From positions 27,197,882 to 27,261,881 of the forward strand of contig JARFYF010000017.1 of the NCBI GenBank assembly GCA_030265395.1: a DNA stretch of 64,000 nucleotides. The letters are read 5' to 3'. Under the pieces are notes generated by a model. It searched no databases, was not told the origin of the DNA, and was given only the letters and a program-made list of their open reading frames with translations. Numbering within the stretch: the first letter of the stretch is position 1; each line of letters starts with the position of its first letter. Shown here piece by piece: positions 54,771-64,000 of the stretch. This DNA comes from Rhina ancylostomus. Lineage: Eukaryota. The position numbers and the translations under genes are program-made.

Positions 54771-55871
54771 AAAAAAGTGGATGACTTGATCCCTCTATCT
54801 GGTGTAACCTTGCGCTGGTAAATTTGCTGGATTATTCTGCAACATAACGGGAGTCAAACATGGGATCTGATGTGTCTCATTCTGACCCACATATATGAAT
54901 GCATGCACCCACTGGGAGTATGGATTTACTGTACAAGTGAAAAGAATGATTAATAATTAACTAAATCCAGCCCTATCTGAAAGCAATTAGTTATCTCCTA
55001 AAGTTTTCTAAATTCCTGAATGACAACATAATGTATACAGTAGCTGAGATTTTAGCTTAGGCCACAACAATGGTGTATTGGTGGAGGTTTGCAGTGTGGG
55101 AGAACAACTCATGGTTTTATTTCCATTCCCACCTAATCCCACCTGGAATCAATACCAAAAAGCAGAAGGCATAATCCAACAGGAAAATTGTATTTGTCTG
55201 AGAAGTTACTCAGAGATCACAAGGAAATCATCAGAAATGTAAAGCAATATTTCTTTCCAATTCCAAAATAACCTGATAACAGAATCCTAATCCACTCAAC
55301 TATAGTGCTGCAGAATAGGATTGAGACTGCAATGAAGTGTTGACTATGTTTCTGCTCCTGCCTTTCGACTATTAGTAAACTTCCATTTCTTCCAAAACCC
55401 GAGAACAAAAAAATCTCACCCTAGAAATTGCAAGGGGCATGAAAAGAGTTGAATGCTTTGTGTGTTTCTAACCTCAACTTTCACTCCCATGTCTCAATAA
55501 AAATTCCAAGAAGGCTATTAACCAAAGTCAGCCATTCCACTGTGGGTTGGTGATCATTCTACTTCAAATTAGAGAACCTCTCCATGGCCCAAAATACACC
55601 GGTAATGTCAAAGGTAGATGCACCCGGGGGCAGAACCCAGCACTGGCCAGTTCTGTTCATGGATTTATTAAGCCCATCACTTTTAAAAGATTCTCCTTAA
55701 CATTCGGCAGAGAAGTAACTTTATATAGGGGCAGGTTGGTTTAGTGATTTTTAGCTTTCTCTGATTAAAAAAAAATTCTTTTCCTCATAATAAGCTCCAT
55801 GCGAGGTGAAAACACTGGGATTATTGCACTGAAGAATCTAAAGAAATATAGTGCATTGTTGATTCAGTTTT

Positions 55872-56165
55872 ATAGGATCATGTGGATCGTCAGAGGCTTT
55901 TTCCCAGGGCTGAAATGGTTGCCACAAGAGGACACAGGTTTAAGCTGCTGGGGATGAGGTACAGAGGAGATCTCAGGGATATTTTTTTTACTCAGCGGGT
56001 GATGAGTGTGTGGAATGGGCTGCTGGCAACGGTGGTGGAGGTACATGGAACTTAGAAAAATAGAGGGCTATGGGTAAGCCTAGTAATTTCTAAGGTAGGG
56101 ACATGTTTGGCACAACTTTGAAGGGCCTGTATTGTGCTGTAGGTTTTCTATGTTCTATGTTCTTA
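55872..56165 (+). mobile_element. CR1 LINE 3' end with short tandem tail
   Basis: gaggctttttcccagggctgaaatgg..gaggacacaggtttaag..gtgtggaatgggctgc..gaagggcctgtattgtgctgtaggttttctatgttctatgttct. Confidence 0.9.
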
Positions 56166-57359
56166 TAGGATACATGTATCATTTATTAAGAACTGGTCAT
56201 ACGAAAGAAAACACTGCAACAAAATGCAAAGATATCTGAACAATTGATCATAAAGGGATATTAGTTGATCTAAATAAGGCCATGATACAGAGCATTAGAG
56301 GAGTGGTGGTTTACACATACTTAATTTTCTGCCTGAGGAGTCTTTGGTCTTGCCTTTAGTGACATAAAGATGACATGAACAGAGGACAGGCAACTCATCA
56401 CAGGAAGTGTGGGAAAATTGGACAGCAAGTATCTTTGAGACATCACAAAGCAATATCTAGCAGCTGGCTCAACAACAATGTTGAAAGAAGCCTGGGACCA
56501 TATGGTCCACACACCCTCTCTACCAAGAGAACAAAATAAGTATTTAAAATAGGGAGACATATTGATCTAAAGCAAATTCCTCTGTGATAGTAAAATGTTT
56601 ATAGCTAGAACCTTACCAAACTTCAGACATATCATCTGGATAAAGCTTCTCTATGTATGAATGTAGTTCACTCAAGCAGGGCTAATTTCCTGAAATGTTG
56701 AATGCTGGAGAACCATTCAGGGAAAAAAAAACATTCCACAGTAAGTGTATTTTTCTGGAAACTATCCCCCCTTCACAGATATTTAAACATGATGTCATGT
56801 TGTATCTGTAATATAGTCACAGACTGAAAATTTTCCCACCACATCCAAGTATTTCACACATGGCTGTTTATTTAACACCATGTATATAGTTTTAAAGTAT
56901 TTGCCCACACAATTCTGAATTATAATCAGAAAGGCCCTGTACAACAGATATCAATCAAATCATCTGGTATGTTCTAAAACTTCACTTAACAACTAGTGGG
57001 CACACCATTTGTTCACAAAATCTTAAAGATTATTCAGGGCAGTGTTTGAATGTTTGTCACACATTCTAACAGCTCAGTAAGGAATTGCTTACTGCATTCT
57101 TTAGTGTGCAGGCCACATAATAGTTCAAGACATCAATTCATAATAAAATGCTGCAGGCTGTCCTATGACAAATACATTTTGACATCAGCCCTATGACTTT
57201 CTCAACTGTACCACTTGTGACTACTACAAGAGGCACAACAGACAGTAGAAGTTACACAAACCACATCAAAAATTATTGTTTGGTCTTTTTTGCAAATGGC
57301 TCTAGCTCAGAAAACAAAAGATTTATTGAAGATTGGCACTGAAATGAATTATCCAAATC

Positions 57360-57740
57360 ACCCTCATCATTAAGCCACCCTTCCCCACTTTATTAAAATG
57401 CCACCTTGTACATACATATTTTAGCCCGACTCCACCATACCCTTATTAAAACTCACTCTTCCCTATTATGGTGTAGCACTCTCCTAATATTTAAAGCTGT
57501 GTGCACTCTCCTCCAATTAAAATTCACTCTCCTAATATTATCAAAGACACATGCCCCTTACTCTTATTAAACCCCCACTTCCCCATACTTTCATTTCCGC
57601 AAATCTTATTAAAACCACACTGCCATGTCTCATTTAAAGCCACACTCTCCAACTCTTATTAAAGGTCACTCCTCCTACTCTTATTAAAGATCCACACCCC
57701 TTATTTTTATTAAAGGCCCAATCCCCTGCTTCTATTCAAT
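57360..57740 (+). repeat. Degenerate minisatellite, ~25-bp unit, roughly 12-14 copies
   Basis: Recurrent (c)ttattaaa..cact(c)tcc units, e.g. near 57443, 57564, 57606, 57656, 57681 and 57707. Confidence 0.75.
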
Positions 57741-59744
57741 TCTGTCCCACTTGCTTTTTTTTTGGAAGCTCTTTTCTTCTGTCTCTACCTGCCCTTTGCT
57801 ATTTCCTACATGGCAATCCCAAGCTGTGGGATAAGAAAACAGATAAACAGTTGGGAAAAACAAAGTTTTTGAAGAAGAGTTAACAGCTGGTCAAGAATGC
57901 TGAAAGAAATGTTATCAAATTGAGGAAAAGATGATCAAATGTAAAAGAAGAAAGAGAAGGGGTACAGAAGTGAAGGAAGAACCAGAAGTAAAAGAGAAAT
58001 ATTTCTGTAGACTGATCACAGCAGGATCCTCATTCAATGGAACAAAAGATCAAAGTATTTTTGATTGTGTCCAGTCCAGAAATGATTGAAAATTATTCAA
58101 TCAAATAGACTTATTCAAATGTAAATTTAACATATGTCTTGACCAACTAATGAAAGTGATGGCGGCAAGTCTAAAATTGTATAAGTCTTTCACTTTTCAC
58201 ACTGGTTTTCAATTTCATCTTTCTCAATGGACTGTGCATTCAATGTTTTTTGGGCACTTTTTCCAATGACCTGAAGCTCCGGTTGACATGGCAATGTTTA
58301 TTTAGACTATAGTGCATGCTTGTTTACTTGTAGATGTGCATTGACTGTGTGCAGGGTTCTTTATAATCCACTATCGTCCACAAAGATATTTAAATGAGAA
58401 GGATATCCCATAATGCAATCTAATCTGCTAACTTTTTTTGAATAATGCATTGCTTTCATTTGGTCCTTGTTCCTAAAGGTAGACTAGGACTTTTTCAAAA
58501 TTCATCTGAATGCCTGATTGTTTCTGCATTTTTAGATCCTCCCGCTATCCAAAGCTGCACAACATATTTTCCATTCATGCCCTTTCCCATGTATGTACCT
58601 TTCCACTTACAGTAGAAGGTTCAAAGGTTACAACACCCCTCAAAATGCACCTTAGATGTTCCATCCTGACATACCCTTGTGCTGATTTTTGTGGAAGCAT
58701 GATCAAAACATCCAATCTCAATTGAAAACCTATTTCTGGAGTCTTTCCCTCTTGAAAGAACCAGCTTTTACCTCTGCACATTGCTGCAACCAATGTTGGA
58801 AATCAAATTCAATACAGGAACAGCTCTGTGATTGAGAGCAAGTTGACAAAAACAAGTCTGGTAAATGTTATTCCTTGAATGCACATTTACCTATTCCCAG
58901 ATTAGGACTCTAGGTGGGAAAGCAGGTCACCTAATATATGCTGCTGTTGGTGGGTGGCCACCTTCTCCAAACGATGTAACCTTTGCTGCTTGACTTCCTA
59001 CAGGAAGATTTCAGCACCTGACCAATAAATGGTGCCATTTTGTACCCACTATTTTATGGATATGCAATAGGCATTCTAGTTTTAAGGGCAGCCAATGGTC
59101 CTATAAAAGCAAGTGGTACTACAAATCCCAAACCTGTAGTCTCAGGATATACTGTACAACTGCACAAAATCTTTGCATGTTAACCCATCTTGAAGTTCAT
59201 CTCTGCCCAAGCTTGTGGACATTGACAGTATTGTGTGCAATCACTTTGAGCTACCTTTGCATCCTAAATGACAAGTTATTAAAGATATGGTGAGAACTTT
59301 TCTCTCTTATAGGGAGCCTCACACACTGGAAGTACAAATGGAGACATCCAACATAATTTCTTCATGATCTCACATTTCCAAAATAATCCTTCATGGGAAT
59401 GGCACTAAAAAAGGAAATGCTCCTGGAAGTAAGGTAACGTAGACATGAAGCTCCAAAGCATTGTGCTATGGTAAAGTGGAAATGTTTTGCAATCTGCATA
59501 TCTCAATACACCTTAGTTCCTCATTAGATGAACTAACGAGAGGTAAAACTTGGAAGCAAGTCACTTTACAACAATGGCAATTATATAAATAACAATAATG
59601 AGTTAAAAATGTGTTCTTGACAAAGACAATGAGAGATTACTTTTAATGTTAACCACCATGAGTTCCAGATATCAGCTGTAAAACCTAACTTTGCAGTGTG
59701 AATTCTGTCAATGAATGATGAGAAACTGAAAAAAAGGCATTGGC

Positions 59745-59870
59745 TTAGCTCCCTTGAATGCTCAGTTGTTAAAGGTGTTGTGTGACTGTGCCATACAGAT
59801 CAGAGGCTTCCAAGTTTGGTTGCCAGTCTGTGCTGAATTAGTTGATCTGAGCAAGGGTGACAGCAGGAAC
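59745..59870 (+). mobile_element. Old tRNA-derived SINE head
   Basis: A-box-like gctcagttgttaaagg, B-box-like ccaagtttggttgccag, then tctgtgctgaattagttgatctgagc. Confidence 0.45.
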
Positions 59871-60079
59871 ACTGCAGTTTGAGCTCATTACTCCCTTTAT
59901 TGGATTCTGATACCTTTCTGATGCACTTAAGCTGCTGCTTTCTATTTCTGCCAATTGTCTTGTACTGCTTCTTGATCATGTTGTATTCTGTACAGTTTGG
60001 GCACACCTAAGTGCTTACATTATATCTGTGAACTTGTGGCAAGCTATTTTAATGAAAGAAGGCATTACAGACAATCCAA

Positions 60080-60405
60080 ATAAAAACACAGAAATGCTGG
60101 AAATATTCAACAAGTCAGGCAGCATCTTTGGAGCATCAAACTTTCATTGCAAGGTCATCAACCTGAAACATTAACACTTTACATTCCAAATCCAAGTGCA
60201 GTGTGGTCTATTGCCTGGCTCTTAAAAGCGCCTTTCTTGAGATCAGAACACATAAAGCAGAATTCAACAGCAAATAAAAATTTTAAAAACTGCAAATGCT
60301 GGAAATCTGAAATAAAAACAGAAAATGTTGGAAACACTCAACAGATCAAGTAGCATCTGAGAAACAGAGTGGCCATTTCAGTCTGAGGCCCTTTGTCAGA
60401 ACTGA
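60080..60405. mobile_element. Cluster of Penelope-like terminal repeat fragments
   Basis: aaatgctggaaatattcaacaagtcaggcagcatc (-), ttgcaaggtcatcaacctgaaacattaac (+) and tgctggaaatctgaaataaaaacagaaaatgttggaaacactca (-). Confidence 0.65.
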
Positions 60406-60899
60406 CAGATCAGAAATCAAATCTGCATGTTTCCCAAGTGACTAAATAAGGGAACTATTTTAACAGAATTTGTAAAAGTATAAGGGACACTAAAGTACCT
60501 CATATGAATGAGGCAACAGTAACATTCTCACAACTTTAAGCTATTTCAACATTGGAGAGCTAAGACAGGGAAAAGCTCACTCAACTTATCCACATCAGAG
60601 CCACATTCTGACTTCATTATTATTGCTAACCCTGTTCCCCATTACCGTTGATAAGAAAATATTGGTGCTGACCTTCTATGCATTTTGGGCACACCAAAGT
60701 GCTTACATTATACTGGATTGTAACCAGTTAGGTGTACCAATTCAATCATGACCTTGCCGCCACCACGACCTTCAGAACCCATCAAAGGTCCAAGGCAACA
60801 AAAAGACTTGGACTTTTTNNNNNNNNNNTTTTCAAGACGGAACTCTTACCACCTCAACTGAGACCAGGTTTAGAGGAATAGTGGGGAGATCCAATGGGC

Positions 60900-61460
60900 C
60901 AGCATTTAGGTAAGTGGTTGCATGTGCATGTAAGGGGAGCAGGAGTTTATGTTTGCAGGGATATAGGACTAATTATTGAGTGAGAGATCAATTGATGGAT
61001 GAATGGGGCCTTGCATGATAAGTGGCCATAGATTGCCAGTTTCTGCTGCATTATTAGAAAGCAAGGATGACATCAGGAGCACTACATTTTGGTGGGTGTA
61101 GAGAGAAAGGGGTGATTCTGGCCTTGGCTGATCAGGTGGGTGTCGGAAAAATGGAGGAGGTCTCACCCTATGTTGATCACTGGAAGGATCATTTGACTGT
61201 GGGGAGGAGATGATATGGGCCTGGGCTAATCACTGATCAAGGACAAATTAGCAGGTGGGCTGGGGAGCAGAGTATTTATTAGAGCCTTGGCTGGTCAAGG
61301 GTTGGGAAGGTCTTCAGTGGATGTGAGTGTTCTGCATCTTGATTGGCTAGGGAAATGTAAATATGGATTTGCCTTGGTGGACTCCTGTGCAATGCTGCAT
61401 TACATAAACTTAGCTGTCCCCAGAATAGCCAAGAATGGTCATTTCCAGGGGAATAGGGTC
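60900..61460 (-). mobile_element. Possible very old L2 endonuclease-region fragment
   Basis: Reverse strand shows faint LY.PPK and INS..H..L-like segments; heavily decayed. Confidence 0.3.
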
Positions 61461-62329
61461 CAAGACCCCACTGCAGTATTCTAAAAGAAGTGTTACATGG
61501 TATTTTGATATGTGTCAGATGGGATTTACACTGGGAAATGCCTTGGTCCAGAGGAAACCCAGAAAAAGTTATTATTGAACCTTGCTCAGTTGTAAATCCA
61601 TTTTCAAATACATTGTCCAAAATATACTTCAATCCAATCTAATTTCTAGGGAATCATTTCTCCAAAAGAAATTCAGGAAAAAGAAAACAGTTGTGGCCAC
61701 AATCCAACATGTATTGCTTTCTATAAAGAAAACTCATCCCGTAGAAGTGAAATTCCCTTCACCCACACCACCCTGAGCAGAAGTGAAACTAATGACACTG
61801 TCTGAGTTTTAGAGAAGGTGTGAATAAAGAGGTCATATGATGGGTGATATGACATGTCCTTGAAAGAAAAGAAAGAAATTTCTCCCACACCCTGTGGTTT
61901 AAATTGGGACTTGGCAGAGAATTAACAGATGCATTACTTTCTCCTGTTAGAACAGTCATTTTCACGGATCTGTTGGAATATTTATATAGTTTAATGGTGA
62001 AAAATTCAGATGACATAGTTTGTACACTACAGTTAAAACAAAACACTGATTTTAAAACAAAATTGCTGAATATACACAAACTGTCTAGCAGAAGCTCTAG
62101 GGAGGAAAACAGAGATAATGCTGTATATTGTTCATCATAATTGAGAAAAGTTAGAAATCATATGCATTTTAGGAAGCAGAGAGGGTGGAGGGCTGGAGAG
62201 AACAAAGAGAGTGCTTGTGATAAGATGGGGCCCAAAAGAGATTGAGTACCACAAGAGGTGGTGAGCCAGCTGGTGCAGCATTTATAGGGAAAGGGCAAGT
62301 AGAGTATTGGAGTAAGATAGCAAGAAATA

Positions 62330-62440
62330 TAAAAACATTATAGGAGCTTCTTTGGACATGTGAATGGGAAAAAGATTAGTTAAAGTTAATTTGGACCCCT
62401 TACAAACTAAGACAGGAGCAATTATATTGAAGAATAAGAG
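62330..62440 (+). mobile_element. Short CR1 ORF2 internal fragment
   Basis: GKRLVKVNLDPLQTKTGAII resembles the CR1 linker KR..K.NVGPL....GEII. Confidence 0.6.
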
Positions 62441-62514
62441 GTCTTGGAAAAATATAACACAGAAACAGGCCCTTCGACCCACTGAGTCCTTGCCAACCAA
62501 TCACACTAATCCTA

Positions 62515-62830
62515 CATTTGTCCCACAACCTCGGACTTCCTGCTTCCATCTTCTCACCCAAGATCCACAAGAAAGACTGTCCCGGCAGACATATTGTTTC
62601 CGCACACCACCTTGTGCCCACCCTGCCTCCTCTCTTTTGTCCACCTGTCACTGCTCTGCTTTTCCCTCCTATGTATTGGGCTTCCCCTTTTTCCTATCTG
62701 CAGTCCTGAAGAAGGGTCCTGACTCAAAACGTTGGCCTCCTGCTTTTCTCCACGGATGCTGCCTGGTCTGCTGAGTTCCTCCAGCATCATTGTGTTTTTC
62801 ATCTAGATGATTTTCCTCCAGTCCTTTGTT
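62515..62830 (+). mobile_element. Penelope-like element remnant: RT fragment joined to a terminal repeat
   Basis: VPQPRTSCFHLL, frameshift, PKIHKKDCPGRHIVSA (Penelope RT motif Y.LPKIHK..P.RPIVS), then cagtcctgaagaagggtcctgactcaaaacgttgg. Confidence 0.85.
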
Positions 62831-62859
62831 TCTTTCCTACATTAATTCCTTTATTTCAT

Positions 62860-63310
62860 TCTCACCACATCCCCATCAATCCCCCACCCTCCAAATTCTA
62901 CCACACAATGTCCAAATTATCAAGGCCAATTAACATAGCAAACCTCACATCTTTGAGATGTGAGAGGAAACCAGAGCACCTGGAGGGGAGGAAACCCACA
63001 GTCACAGGGAGAATGTGCAATCTCCACACAGACAGCACCTGAGGTTGTTATGTTTGTTCTTCATCAAGAGACAAACTTAGCATGGGTTTAACATCTGAAC
63101 ATTGTTATTAACCAACACCAGCAGCTTGCTTTCCCTCTCCTTTTATAGCCACTTCCTGTTCCTCTATGTGACCCCTTGCATTACCTACTGGGAACTGTAG
63201 TTCTTTATTATAACTACACAATAACACAAAATAACACAGAAGTCAGGAGTGAACCCAGCTCCCTGGCATTCAGAGGCAATGGCTCTACTGGCTGAGTAAC
63301 TGTGCTGCTC
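62860..63310 (-). mobile_element. HE1/V-SINE-type SINE split by an LTR-like insertion
   Basis: catctttgagatgtgagaggaaaccagagcacctggagg...ctccacacagacagcacctgaggt resumes as caggagtgaacccagctccctgg after 63243. Confidence 0.85.
63046..63238 (-). mobile_element. 193-bp solo-LTR-like insertion
   Basis: TG..CA termini (tgttat...ataacaca); near-TSD GAGGT/GAAGT; on the minus strand actacagttcccag, caggaagtg and TATAAAA in promoter order. Confidence 0.7.
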
Positions 63311-63434
63311 CTACATCAGCAGGAAAAGTGGCTATGAAGTAAAAGATCAGCCTTGAACTTTCGGAATAGCGGAGCAGGCACAGATATCCAAATGCTTACT
63401 CCTGTTTGTATTTCTTACGTATTATGTACTGACC

Positions 63435-63817
63435 TCTACCCTGCAGAGATTAGCGACGAACTCTCTGACACCTTCTCACACCTCCCTCCAGATTATGACC
63501 TCATCACTGAGCATCAGGCTGCTCTCCCAGATAGCTACTGACCTCAATCTCCTGTCCCAAAGTCCCCTAACTATTCACAGCCTGCTTCTATCTCCTCCTC
63601 AAGACCATAAGCTAGACTGCCCATCCTTTCAGTCTGCACTTGCCCCTCAGAACTTATTTCCCACTTTTATACTGTTCTTTTTTCCTTTGTCTGGTCTCTT
63701 CCTTCATACATTCATAATGCCTTTAAATTCCTCACTTCTGTGATAATTACCAGTTTCTTAGTCCCAATATGCTCATTTTCACATCGACAGTCAGCCTCCC
63801 TCTAAGTCCATCCCTCA
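63435..63817 (+). mobile_element. Penelope-like RT fragment (decayed)
   Basis: ACFYLL..HKLDCP, CTCPSELIS, SLPSYI and FT...SL..SIP segments follow Penelope RT motif order, with frameshifts. Confidence 0.75.
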
Positions 63818-63819
63818 AG

Positions 63820-63935
63820 TTCTTGTATGCACAAGTGCAATGAAAAACTTACTTGCAGCAGCATCACAGGCATATTGCATCAGAGACACAACATTCACAA
63901 AAAAATCACAAATTAACCATAAATTATACAAGAAG
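63820..63935 (-). mobile_element. LINE 3' tail fragment (Rex1/L2-type)
   Basis: gtgcaatgaaaaacttacttgcagcagcatcacaggc, recalled as a common reversed chondrichthyan LINE tail. Confidence 0.5.
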
Positions 63936-64000
63936 GAGCACACTGTTTTACTGTTCTAAGCCCAACATAAGATGAAAGAACAGTAACTGATCTTCCAACT

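Noticed and set aside
57360-57740. CRISPR-like repeat/spacer appearance
   Set aside because: Eukaryotic context, a very short degenerate core, related linkers and no cas genes.
1-64000. A novel multi-gene system or an identifiable host gene
   Set aside because: No intact long ORF, recognisable exon series or gene cluster could be supported from the sequence alone.

Overview
Eukaryotic, AT-rich, CpG-depleted DNA with 11 N-gaps. The repeat content (CR1, L2, RTE, Penelope-like elements, HE1/V-SINE-type and Deu-type SINEs) is typical of a cartilaginous fish. The CR1 tail at ~55.9 kb suggests a ray, which is an inference from recalled consensus sequences. I recognise no host protein-coding gene, rRNA, tRNA gene or CRISPR array. 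The window reads as a long intron or intergenic stretch full of decayed retroelements. The only ORFs with recognisable motifs are retroelement fragments. The clearest structures are: two LTR-type insertions with 5-bp target-site duplications nested in a CR1 and in a SINE; Penelope reverse-transcriptase fragments and terminal repeats with decayed hammerhead-ribozyme cores, one as a ~190-bp palindrome; a perfect 18-bp inverted repeat; an inverted SINE pair; a degenerate ~25-bp minisatellite; a few unassigned exon-like segments; and several enhancer-like unique blocks. I found no convincing novel multi-gene system. Repeat boundaries were judged by eye and are approximate (tens of bp), and family names come from recalled motifs, not database searches.
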